DNA of 16,403 bases from Octopus sinensis. Its lineage: Eukaryota. Position 1 is the first letter of the stretch. Every line of letters starts with the position of its first letter. Positions 1 to 10,364 of this stretch are shown here, in pieces. A program made the translations under genes and the position numbers. A model generated the notes under the pieces. That model did no database searches, had not been told where the DNA came from, and worked only from the letters and a program-made list of their open reading frames with translations. The stretch covers positions 1 to 16,403 of the forward strand of contig NW_021825075.1 in assembly GCF_006345805.1 (NCBI RefSeq), read 5' to 3'.

Positions 1-142
1 ACAGCTTCAGGGCCTAGAGCAGCAGCCTCGATAACGACAGTATCAGCAGAAGGTGCATTAGATTTATTCAACCACATCAGCAGCAAAAACACAGGCCCCA
101 CAGCAGAGATAAACGTCAACCTCACCTGCACCATCGCAATCC

Positions 143-205
143 ATTGCCAAAGATCGAGACAGATGGAGAGCTTTTGTTGGAAATCCTAAGAAGAAGAATA
201 AATAG
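143..205 (+). mobile_element. Possible extreme 3' end of an RTE-clade LINE (decayed)
   Basis: Frame +2 reads IAKDRDRWRAFVGNPKKKNK*, resembling the RTE ORF C-terminal 'A.DR..WR..V' motif, and runs into (AAG)3. Upstream sequence does not continue the match. Confidence 0.3.
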
Positions 206-570
206 AGCAAGACAGATATCGTGTCCAGCGTGAATCCCTTACACGCTAACATCCAAAACAGAGAAGTTTATCTGTACCAAAACCAATAAATTTTACTACT
301 TTCTTTCTTGAAACTTGTAGTTCCATTTTAGTTAATTAAACATCGGCTATCGTGATTTGTTGCATTTCGAAATTCTCTCCAAAATTACTGAATCTTGACA
401 GCAACACTTATTGTATACAGCTTTTGTTATTTCAAAATGTCTGACTTTTATTCTCTTGATTTATTTACTTCGCGTTCATGTTTTTATGTGGCGGATTCTA
501 TTTGTTGATATAATTCGTCTTTTTACTTTTTACAAATATTCTGACTTGTTTGCTCTGTTTTATCTACCGT

Positions 571-733
571 AAACACACACACACACACATATGGGTTGTA
601 TATATATGTTGTATGTATATATAATATAATTATATATATATATATACATATATATTTACATATATCTACACATTTGTAAATAGATATATATATATATATA
701 ATATATATATGACAAATATGTAGATATATGTAA

Positions 734-773
<40 letters not shown>

Positions 774-788
774 TATATATATATATTA
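571..788. repeat. Compound microsatellite (AC)n/(TA)n/(TATG)n
   Basis: Seen directly; it explains ORF 523..798. Confidence 0.95.
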
Positions 789-907
789 ATTCTCTCACTC
801 TATTTTTTAATCTTTGTTTAATTTCTTCTGTAGTCTGATTTACATTTTCCGAATGCTAATTTCGAAAACACTGTTTTTCTTAATATTTTCCTTGTAACTG
901 AGTAAAT

Positions 908-1011
908 TATATACATATACATACATACATACATACATACATACATACATACAGACAGACAGACATATACACACACACACACACACACATTATATATATA
1001 TATATATATAT
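908..1011. repeat. Compound microsatellite (ACAT)n(ACAG)n(AC)n(TA)n
   Basis: Seen directly. Confidence 0.95.
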
Positions 1012-1546
1012 TTGTTTAATGTTCTGTTTTGATTGATATAGCACTCACCAAATGAAGGATTTGTTTGTTTCACATTTAAACCATAATGTCATCGTGATAA
1101 GCGCAAACATTTAACTCTTAGATCTAAACAATAGCTATTTTTTTTCTTCTGTTGAATTTTCTATTCTGTATATATACTTTTGCCAATATCCATAATTATA
1201 GTTTTCAAATCTCGTTATTACCATAATTATTATCCATAAGAATTAGAAATATTTCGAAAACGAGGAACAACTTCTATTAAAAGTAGACATCGAATATAAA
1301 TTTTGAGTGTATAATTACTAGAGTCCTTCTTGTCTACCTGCTGCCGTCATCGCTGAATCCCACGCCTCACTGGTGTTATTAATATTTTCTCTTGAAATTC
1401 GACTTCCAAGCAATTTCCACTATTGCTACCCGAGACCCAACTCATCCATTTTCGAGGAAACGACCTCACACTCTATTTTCATCAACTCCGCCTCACTTTC
1501 CACATCTTATAAGTTCCCTAGATGAAATAGCGATGAATGAAATCAA

Positions 1547-1667
1547 TTTCTCCCTCTTTTTCTCTCTCCACTCTATCTTTCTCTCTTTCTGTCTCTCTCA
1601 CTTTCTTTCTGTTTCTGTCTCTTTCTCACTTTCATCTCTCTCTCTTTCTCTGTCGCTTCCCTCTTCA
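1547..1667. repeat. Degenerate (CT)n pyrimidine tract
   Basis: CT/TC-rich low complexity; it accounts for the S/L/F-rich ORF 1392..1718. Confidence 0.85.
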
Positions 1668-2257
1668 CTGTTAGATATCAAAATAGCCAAACACTATTTA
1701 TCGACTTCATGTTTGTAGCTCTGTGAAACCTGCGTGTTTCTAATTTTGTTGATCATCTATCGATGCAATAACGAAACTATTTTACATTGTTCCAATCATA
1801 TATATTCAAATATAAAAAACACTAGAGCATGGCCCACTGCTTTACACCCAGAATAAGGCATATGTTATTTCGTTGAAATATAATTTCATATACAAGAAAA
1901 AATTAAGTAAAAGAACATAAAGCAAAACTGAAATAAAATAAATTTTAATAAACCTAAATACATATGTAACTGTTTTTATTACCTGTATACTTTATTTACA
2001 AATAACCACGCAAACAGGATATGTTGACAATGTTTGTATATAAAATATTTTTTGTGAATGTAATATTGAATGCCGTGTGATTTTTTTATTCATTTATGGC
2101 AAACTTTTCAAAAATAAAAATAATTATAAAATAGCTGTAAGGAAAAAAATATTTAAGTATTTTCTGAAATGATTCGGTACAGGTAATTGAAATGGATGTT
2201 ATTTATGATTCATCTAGGATACTTGCTTATTGGGTTCGGGATCGGTATAAAAACAGT

Positions 2258-2276
2258 GATATAGATAGATAGTATC

Positions 2277-2324
<48 letters not shown>

Positions 2325-2385
2325 TATAGATAGATATATAGATAGATAATAGATAGATAGATAGATAGATAACAGATAGACAGAC

Positions 2386-2458
<73 letters not shown>
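2258..2458. repeat. (GATA)n tetranucleotide array of about 200 bp
   Basis: Seen directly, followed by CATA/CA repeats; it produces the 'SIYL' ORFs. Confidence 0.97.
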
Positions 2459-2459
<1 letters not shown>

Positions 2460-2572
2460 ATTCATACATACATATATGTATGCATGCATACATGCAGACA
2501 TACACACACATACGTACAGACATATTTAACTTCAGCTCAGATTTATGATACACTTTGGAGGTCCCAGGGCTT

Positions 2573-2653
2573 TGAGTTTAAATACCGCCGAGACCAATTT
2601 CACTTCATTTTGATCTGTCGATAGACAAAGTACCATTTTATTAATGGTGTCGA
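2573..2653 (+). mobile_element. Highly degenerate fragment of SINE family A
   Basis: tgagtttaaataccgccgag...gtcgatagacaaagtacca...ggtgtcga aligns by eye with tgagttcaaattccgccgag...taagtacca...ggggtcga of the copy at 11461. Confidence 0.55.
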
Positions 2654-3553
2654 GTATTTTCCTCATAACTTTTTATCGGGAAAATTTTATCTTTGTTCAG
2701 ACCTAGAGAGAGATGGGCACTTCTGATCTTAAGTTACCGAGAACGCATATCTCTCGAAGATGCACAGTGTCACGTAAAAAGATATGATAAAGAAAGACAT
2801 TTTTATTTTAGCCTTTTTCTTTTGCTTAAATGTTTTTATTTTGTTGCGTTTTTCTTGGGCACAAAAATCATTGCTGTGAAACGTTACCGTGAAGCTGTCG
2901 TATTCATGTATATGGTTACCTACTTAAAACTTTATAAGATGAAGTTCTGCTCTTTTTACAGGAAGTTTCATCTGTCTCAAAACTTAGTTTCCTATCATGC
3001 AGACAGTGACAGCTTGCTTGGGGAACATTAAATATGCATGACATCGATTTCTGTGACTCCAAATGATAACAGTGTTACGATAATTGATATACTATTACCA
3101 AACGTCTAGCGGGAGCGGATTGCTTTGAGAAAAAGCATTAAGTGGATGTAAACATACGAATTTCACATGTCAATCAGGTCTGACCTATTCGACATTTCTG
3201 TCTCTTCTTGGCTTTTCTGTCTTTGCTTTGTTTTATATTTGCTCAGTTCTAAATCTAATTAGAATATCTTGGGAGAATCCTACAGTTGTAGCGATAATAG
3301 ATTTAGTATCTAGCTTATGGTCAAAGCAAACATGAGAACCAAACGGAATTTCTTGTGACGTGGAAATCTAAAGGACAGTATCGACAAATGCCATCGCCAA
3401 CAAATCACTGATATTCGGTTCTTCTATACCATATTCCTATCTCATTCTATACTAATTCTAGCCAGGTTCGTTACTTTGTTTCTGGAGAATTTTTTAAGAT
3501 TTCTACAATGCCTAGACACGATATACTCCAGGTTCAATAGAAAAATAACTTGT

Positions 3554-3879
3554 GAGGTAAAGAGAAACAAGAGGATAAGACTGGCGATAATCCTAACGAA
3601 TATTATCTGGAAAATAATTTTTTTTAAAATCTGAAATGGTCTTTCGCGGAACATATGTTTAGAAGGAAGAACAATAAACGGAATGGCGAATTGACAGAGT
3701 GGACACCACGTCCAAAAGAAAAAGAGGGATAGGAAGACCATGCAGTAGTTGCAATGAAGACTTTGTTAAATTCTTCACCCCCCATACATACATAAAAAAA
3801 CATCAGGCCGTAGTTGGTGGAAAGAATACGCTGAGGCCTTCGTCCAACAGTACATAGTACATTTGTGAGGATGATGATG
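3554..3879 (+). mobile_element. Decayed 3' end of an RTE-clade non-LTR retrotransposon
   Basis: With frameshifts it reads KRNKRIR..LTNIIWKI / LKWSFAEHMFRRKNNKRNGELTEWTPR / KRGIGRP / GRSWWKEYAEAFVQQYIVHL* (stop 3866-3868), then a (GAT)3 tail. This matches the RTE C-terminus pattern LKW.WAGH..RR...W.PR..KR..GRP...DR..W....EAFVQQW. Confidence 0.85.
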
Positions 3880-3932
3880 TATCATGGATAAGGATATAAC
3901 TTAAAACACAGCACTTGCACCACACACATGAA

Positions 3933-4092
<160 letters not shown>

Positions 4093-4229
4093 CCAACGAC
4101 CTCGAACCCACACGTGTAACAAGAGAGACAAAGACGGCAGAAACAAGGAAAATGTCAATTGTATTTGAATACTATGCAAATATTCTTTAAAAAACTTTTC
4201 TTTTAATTTTTCTAAATTTAATTGTTTAC

Positions 4230-4271
4230 TTTCAGTTGAAAAAGTCTCAATGACTGAAACCGATACTGAAA
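4230..4271 (+). ncRNA. Degenerate minimal type-I hammerhead ribozyme motif
   Basis: Stem I UUUCAG(4230-35)/CUGAAA(4266-71); core UUGAAAA (2 mismatches to CUGANGA); stem II AGUC-ucaau-GACU; GAAA 4256-59; near-palindromic stem III ACCGAU; triplet AUA. Confidence 0.6.
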
Positions 4272-4585
4272 TGTTTTTATAAAATTATTTTAGCATTTTC
4301 TATCTTGACTTTTTTTCCAGGTTTTATTTTGAATTTCATACGTAAATTTTAGTTATATTTCAGAACTATTTACAATTTTCAAGTGTGTTTCATTTCATAT
4401 CTCACACAACACGGCAAACTTTCAATATCGAATTCTCATAGCATGATTTGTTATAAGTCTCATGCTCCTGAAAGAAAATTTTTGATTGAAATATATTCCT
4501 TTAAAATGATCCTTCACAATACCGATATAACATTTCGCTTGTTTACTAGATTACATAACCATACACGCAGACACATACAGATGGA

Positions 4586-4636
4586 TTGTGTCTGTGTTTG
4601 TGTGTGTGTGTATACGAGTATGTATGACTTTATATA

Positions 4637-4681
<45 letters not shown>

Positions 4682-4799
4682 ATATATATATTAACATAAT
4701 ATATATATATATCTATATATATATTATATATTTATATATATATTACATACATATATAATATATATATATATTATATATATATTTATATATATATACATC

Positions 4800-4822
<23 letters not shown>
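4586..4822. repeat. (TG)n plus long imperfect (TA)n array
   Basis: Seen directly. Confidence 0.95.
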
Positions 4823-4830
<8 letters not shown>

Positions 4831-5589
4831 ATGCGTGTATGTATCTATTTATATTCAAAGTGTATAACTTTAGCATACACTTTGATCTTTCCAGTCTTCA
4901 AGGTGAATGAGAAATAAAATTCTGTAATTCGTTGATCAGAATCCCTTCTGTCAAAGTAAAATATGGCTTTCCTTCATTTGCCATCAAAGATTACTACCTG
5001 TCCGTTCCTGAATTCCTCTATAAAGATGTACGCAATTTTGCAAAATTCTTCTTGCCTAATAATGCTTCAGGAAACACCACCATATTATACGAAACTAAAT
5101 CAACTTTATGCGACGTTAAGATCGTCTGTATGAATAAAAAAAAAATACTACTAAATATGCACCTAATATTTGTACGTGCTCAATGTATTTGGTTAAAATT
5201 TACATCGCCCTTGGCAGCCACATTGCGAATTCTACGTATTCTCCGAGTAATTTACAAGCATGATAACCTTGTAAACCCACATAGTACCAACCGCTAACGA
5301 ACAGAGGTGATTAAAATGGCTGCGGAATTTCTTAAAATATTGCAGGATATAAAATAATTATCGATTCTAAATTCAAGATTGTAAACTTTTACAATGATAG
5401 ATCTCACTCCAATTTCTCTGAATTTTTCTTTTCGGAAATGCTAACGAATTCCTCTACAACGTACATAATGCAGATGGAAATTCTAGTTAAGTTTATTGCT
5501 TCACGAATTTCTAGTCACTGTGCCTACTATCTGTTGAAACCTCCTATTGGCTGAAACTAAGAAGATTCCGTGAATGTAAAGACAGACAC

Positions 5590-5675
<86 letters not shown>

Positions 5676-5798
5676 GGATGGATGGATGGATGGATAGATA
5701 GACAGATAGATAGATACATACATACATACATACACACATACACACATTCATACATACACATATATATATATACAAATATATGCATATATATATATATA
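5590..5798. repeat. Compound (GATA)n(GGAT)n(CATA)n(TA)n array
   Basis: Seen directly. Confidence 0.96.
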
Positions 5799-5801
5799 TT
5801 A

Positions 5802-6000
5802 CTTTTACTTGTTTCGGTCATTTGACTCTGGCCATGCTGGAGCACCGCCTTTAGTCGAGCAAATCGACCCCAGGACTTATTCTTTGTAAGCCTAGTACTT
5901 ATTCTGTCGGTCTCTTTTGCCGAACAGCTAAGTTACGATGGCGTAAACACACCAGCATTGGTTGTCATGCGATGTTGGGGGCGGGCAAATACAGACACAC
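5802..6000 (-). mobile_element. 3' half of tRNA-derived SINE family B
   Basis: The minus strand begins gtgtgtctgtatttgcccgccccc, matching gtgtctgtgtttgtcccc that follows the microsatellite in the copy at 6027, and ends ccagcatggccagagtcaaatgaccgaaacaagtaaaag. The family assignment is from recall of Octopus repeats. Confidence 0.7.
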
Positions 6001-6026
6001 AACCATATACACACGCATACATATAT

Positions 6027-6240
6027 GTGGTAAGTAGATTGCTTACGAACCACATGGTTCCGTGTTCAGTCCCACTGCGTGGCACCTTGGCCAAGTCTCT
6101 TCTGCTATAGCCTCGGGCCGACCAGAGCCTTGTGAGTGGATTTGGTAGACGGAAACTGAAAGAAGCCCGTCGTATATATGTATATATATATATATATATA
6201 TATGTTATGTATATGTTTGTGTGTCTGTGTTTGTCCCCTC
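6027..6240 (+). mobile_element. 5' half of tRNA-derived SINE family B, with internal (TA)/(TG) microsatellite
   Basis: tRNA-like head gtggtaag...; B-box-like GTTCAGTCC at 6064-6072; body ...gaaagaagcccgtcg, then (TA)n and gtgtctgtgtttgtcccc. Confidence 0.75.
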
Positions 6241-6283
6241 CTCTGTCGTGTTTCAGCCCTAAGCCTACGGCCATGCTGGGGCA
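6241..6283 (-). mobile_element. Isolated SINE 3' tail (family B-related)
   Basis: gtttcagc...ggccatgctggggca is shared with 12380-12416 and with the terminus at 5811-5844. Confidence 0.6.
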
Positions 6284-6317
6284 TACACACACATACAACC
6301 CACACCCACACACACAC

Positions 6318-6357
<40 letters not shown>

Positions 6358-6401
6358 ATGTGTGTACATGGCATACGATTTAGCTCAAAGACTAACAATT
6401 G

Positions 6402-6535
6402 CATATTATATCGCTCTCAGTGCGAGAGTGGTAGGTTATTTCATCGACCTTGGACTAATGAAAGCAAAGTTGATTTCGGCAGGATTCGAACTTAAGAAGC
6501 CAGATGAAGTAACATACGGCATATATTGCAACGAT
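6402..6535 (-). mobile_element. Old, degenerate copy of SINE family A
   Basis: atcgacc...atgaaagcaaagttgatttcggcaggattcgaactt resembles atcgacc...atgaaaggcaaagtcgacctgggcggaatttgaactt at about 8256-8308. Confidence 0.6.
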
Positions 6536-7380
6536 ACTCTCAGCATGCAAATATAGAAATTGTTTAATCCGCCTTTATACGCCACATCCAATACACACAT
6601 AATCCATTTCATAAATCCTTCCTTCCGTGTCTTAAATATTAAAGATTAGCAAAAGATATTTATAGTGTTTAACTTAGCTTTCTACAATATTTATCTAATA
6701 TTAACCCCATAAATATCTCCTCTTTTCACCTTAATCTCCACCTACTTTCAAATATAGTAACCCCGAATTAATTTCCGATCGTGAATTCACTTATAGATAG
6801 CTTAATTCTTAATCATATCCTGATTTCGTTATTATTTTTAATTACGCTACAGACATTATGTCAGTAAAAACAATTTAAATAATACAAGAGTAAACACGAA
6901 CAAATCTCTCTAAATATATCTTGAATGCGACGCCCAATAACATAAACAATTATATCGAGTGAAAAATAAAGACTCTTTGCAAGTTTTATGAGTAATTACA
7001 ACATGCTCTGTCTAGTCTGCATTTCTAAATCTTACGAAGAATAAATCTCTAAACTCTCCGCCTAACAACCTCTGTTCTCATAAACGCTTCACTCAAAATA
7101 TTTATCGATTTTTACAGCGTTGGATTTAAATTGTCATCGATGTTTACACGATCCGTCTGCTCGAAAGAATCTAAACGTGAAGCAACGATATATTTTTATC
7201 ATACGAAGATCATGCTTCAATTAACTGATTTATTAAATCGTGCCAGACGCGCAGCAAACTTATATTCGATACAATTGTCTACACTGGAAAATGGGAATAC
7301 CTTTCGCTGTGACAAAAGTCACGGGAGAAAATCTCACTTGTTCGACAAGATCTGTGAAAATACATTGAGGAATAAATGAC

Positions 7381-7441
7381 GTATTCAGATTTTGGGACGC
7401 ATGGCGTTTCTCGGTTAGCATGCATCATCAGCCACGAATAC
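7381..7441 (-). ncRNA. Type-I hammerhead ribozyme motif with canonical core and GUC site but defective stem II
   Basis: Minus strand: GUAUUCG-UGG | CUGAUGA | ugcaugcuaaccga | GAAA-CGC-cau-GCG-UC | CCA-aaauc-UGAAUAC. Stem I is 3+7 bp around a 5-nt bulge and stem III is 4 bp. Confidence 0.6.
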
Positions 7442-7492
7442 TCGACGTTCATAGGCCTTTCAGAACGACCCCCACGCTCGAGTGTACATCGA

Positions 7493-8130
7493 CGTCGTCG
7501 TCATCACCTTTCATACGCCTGCAACGCATTGATTGTACTACAAAGCAAGCCTTCTCGATTAAGCGCGATTCCTGCAGCTGGCTTGTCCAACCAGCTCTTG
7601 ATATTTTACCATTCATTGATTTAAGGCGGTGAGCTGGCAGAATCGTTACCGCACCAGTCAAAATGCTTAGCGGCATTTCGTTTGTCTTAAGTTCAAATTC
7701 TGCCGAGTTCGACTTTGCCTCGCATTCCTTCGGGAACGATACAATAAGTACCACTTGAGCACTGGAGTCGATGTAATCCACCAGTCCCCTCCACCTAACT
7801 TGCTGGCCTTGTGCCAAAGTTTGAAATCGATATTTTCCATCCATTGCCTTCTTTACCTGCCTCTTGATCCACTATACTCTACTCTTCTTTCTATTATAAC
7901 ATTTTCCAAACTTCTTCTTCAAATATAGCCATTATAGACGAGCTTTGTTTTTTCAAAATGTTTAAGATTTGTCTTTCGCCTACTTGTAACACCCAGTCAT
8001 TGTGCAATGATCCTCCTAAGAAGCTCGCAACATTCTCCAATACACCCACATTTCAAACGCATTGTGATATCTTCAAATTCTATCAGTGCCCACGCCTCGC
8101 AATCAGGAATACATTAAATATCACTAAATA
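7493..8130 (-). mobile_element. Decayed RTE (BovB-like) LINE 3' fragment, split by a SINE insertion at 7619-7828
   Basis: The minus strand reads, with stops and frameshifts, CEAWAL / NAFEMWVYWRMLRAS*EDH / NDWVLQVGERQILNILK / KLVYNGYI*RRSLENVIIERRVEYSGSRGR*RRQWMENI [SINE] KSWLDKPAA / RNRA*SRRLA, then a tgatgacgacgacg tail. This matches the RTE YGCE.W...AFEMW..RRMLRI.W...GRQR..W.DNI pattern. Confidence 0.88.
7619..7828 (+). mobile_element. Full-length SINE family A with ~18-bp target-site duplication
   Basis: Head ggcggtgagctggcagaatcgtta; B-box-like GTTCAAATTC; body shared with the 8151 and 11461 copies. TSD gatattttaccattcattg (7600-7618) / gatattttccatccattg (7829-7846). Confidence 0.88.
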
Positions 8131-8150
8131 TCATTGTACATGAATATATG

Positions 8151-8374
8151 TTTCTTTATTACCCACAAGGGGCTAAACACAGAGGGGACAAACAAGGACA
8201 GACAAACGGATTAAGTCGATTATATCGACCAAGGTGCGTAACTGGTATTTAATTTATCGACCCCGAAAGGATGAAAGGCAAAGTCGACCTGGGCGGAATT
8301 TGAACTTAGAACGCAACGGCAGACGAAATACGGCTACGCATTTCGCCCGACATGCTAACGGTTCTGCCAGCTCG
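8151..8374 (-). mobile_element. Near full-length SINE family A
   Basis: The reverse complement closely matches 11464-11692 (gagctggcagaaccgttagca...gttcaaattccgcc...gcctttcatcctttcggggtcgat...tttagccccttgtgggtaataaagaaa). Confidence 0.92.
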
Positions 8375-8415
8375 AACACTAAAGAAACCGTATGCCTTTT
8401 CATATTTTGAAATCA

Positions 8416-8797
8416 TCTCTCTCTATATAAACGGCAGTTTGTCTGTGTACGTGTCTGTGTGTCTGTTAGGTTGTACCTCAACCTGACCACGGCTTTCAAC
8501 CGATTCTGATGAAACTTGACATACACATAGCCCAATGTCATAATTCAAAACTAACGCAGCGAAAATTTTGAAAAGTTCCCCCAGTTCTGAAAAAGATCGA
8601 TAAATTCGACATGGGGTCGACAATCAGAAACACAAACCACAGCTGTCTAGGGGACGCAACTCGACCTTTTTAACTCTCAAAAAACATTTACCATCATTTT
8701 TTTCCCATTTTTTTAATATTTTTTGGCTATAACTCTCTAAAAATGCTTTATAGTTATTTCCCTTACAAACCCGAGCAACGCCGGGCGATACTGCTAG
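8416..8797 (+). mobile_element. Non-autonomous Helitron (382 bp)
   Basis: Starts TC (8416) after an A and ends CTAG (8794-8797) before a T. GC-rich hairpin cccg(a)gc-aac-gc-cggg (8770-8785) lies 12 nt from the end. Short gtct/gtgt repeats near the 5' end; no TSD. Confidence 0.8.
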
Positions 8798-9524
8798 TCT
8801 TTCATAAACCCTTGTTTTACTACCAATACAGAACCACAGTTTTCTTTTTTACCGTTTCCTACTCATTTCCACCTTTCTTTTGGCCATTCCATTCTAGATC
8901 TTCTCAAACGCTTCTCTTTCTCTTACCGAGCACCTAATCACCAATACAGTCAAGCTACAAATCACTCTTTTAAAACATTTGTAACACAAAATTCTTAAAA
9001 CTGTGTATCGCAACTTCATTTACATTCTCCATATACGCAACATATTTTCGAGCAACACCGTTTAATGAGCGTGATTCATTTATCAACCGAAAGCCAGTTT
9101 TCCCCTAATTGATTTTTAGAATTCGAATGGTTTCTAAATACCAGAACTAATCTTGCTTCACTCAGTATATTAAGTTTTTTCTGCTTCCATAAATCAACCC
9201 GCTTCCACCTCACCATTTCACCCACCCACCCTATTCTTCAAATTCCTTCCTTCTCAAAGTGTTTACGTTTCCATTTCCAATATTCCGAATGAGTTCACAT
9301 GTAATATTGCATATCATTAATTTTGTACGTGTAATATCTTTGTTTTAAAAAAAAAACTTCGTTGTTATATTCTGAACATTCGAGAGAAGACTGACAAATG
9401 AAGATTCATACTATATTACATTCTGCAGCTTTAATTAGTTTTTTTTCAATCTCCTTTTTACCTGTATTACATAACTATAGTTTACAGGCTCTAGCGCGCG
9501 CACACCTACCCACCCACCTCGACA

Positions 9525-9654
9525 GACACACATGCACAAACACACACACACTAACACAAACACACATAGATAAAAAGATACAGCTATATACACAATACAT
9601 ACTTACATACATGTACGTACAAAAACACACACATATAGCTATACATACATATAT

Positions 9655-9699
<45 letters not shown>

Positions 9700-9723
9700 A
9701 AAAATATAATATATATATATAAA

Positions 9724-9755
<32 letters not shown>

Positions 9756-9941
9756 TATGTGTATATATATATATGTGTGTGTGTATGTATGTATAATGTA
9801 GTTATCTGTCTATCTATATATTATATAATATATATATATATAGACAGATCCTACATTTATACATACATACACACACACACCACACACATATATATGATAT
9901 ATATATATATATATATACATACACACACATATATATATATA
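9525..9941. repeat. Compound (CA)n/(TA)n/(TG)n low-complexity block
   Basis: Seen directly. Confidence 0.93.
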
Positions 9942-9977
9942 TGTCTGATGAACGGCAACGGGAAACTCAGAGTAACA
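9942..9977 (+). ncRNA. Type-I hammerhead ribozyme motif, intact core
   Basis: UGU | CUGAUGA (9945-51) | ACG-GCAA-CGG | GAAA (9962-65) | palindromic ACUC-A-GAGU | GUA triplet (cleavage predicted after 9974) | ACA pairing with UGU. Confidence 0.7.
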
Positions 9978-10081
9978 GGTTTTGTTGAATTTTTCTGCTG
10001 CTTTAAATAAAGCATATTACTCTACCACTAGTATTTGAGTACTCTTTTTCCACCTTGTTTCACATTTATGTTTACTCCGGT
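9942..10081 (+). mobile_element. Short HHR-bearing interspersed repeat, copy 1 (5'-truncated; putative Penelope-like/retrozyme terminal repeat)
   Basis: Clearly homologous to 14065-14206. It starts with an HHR, carries AATAAA about 30 nt downstream, and is embedded in (TA)n. Confidence 0.75.
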
Positions 10082-10103
10082 ATATATATATATAATATAT
10101 ATA

Positions 10104-10196
<93 letters not shown>
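10081..10196. repeat. (TA)n(GA)n compound microsatellite
   Basis: Seen directly. Confidence 0.97.
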
Positions 10197-10198
<2 letters not shown>

Positions 10199-10364
10199 TG
10201 AAAGAAAAATCACATATTCAATTAAGTAAAAATATGTAATTAAATATGTGATTTGAAGAAATAATATGTGATATGTAAATAACTGTATTTTTTTTTAATA
10301 CAGCCATCCAGCATTCTGAACGCCTTTTTCTTTCATATGTACATCATCCCCAAAACTAAGTGAT

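Noticed and set aside
1-290. Open frame +1 (1-189) with downstream AATAAA as a terminal coding exon
   Set aside because: No recognisable domain, no splice acceptor visible in the window, and frame +2 looks more like an RTE end. It cannot be excluded without upstream sequence.
7449-7620. RLIEKACFVVQ...MKGDDDD read as a Penelope GIY-YIG C-terminus upstream of the HHR
   Set aside because: The same bases are better explained as the RTE 3' end: the frame rejoins across the SINE TSD and ends in a trinucleotide tail.
8506-8516. CTGATGAAAC inside the Helitron as an HHR core
   Set aside because: There is no stem II between CUGAUGA and GAAA; the two motifs overlap.
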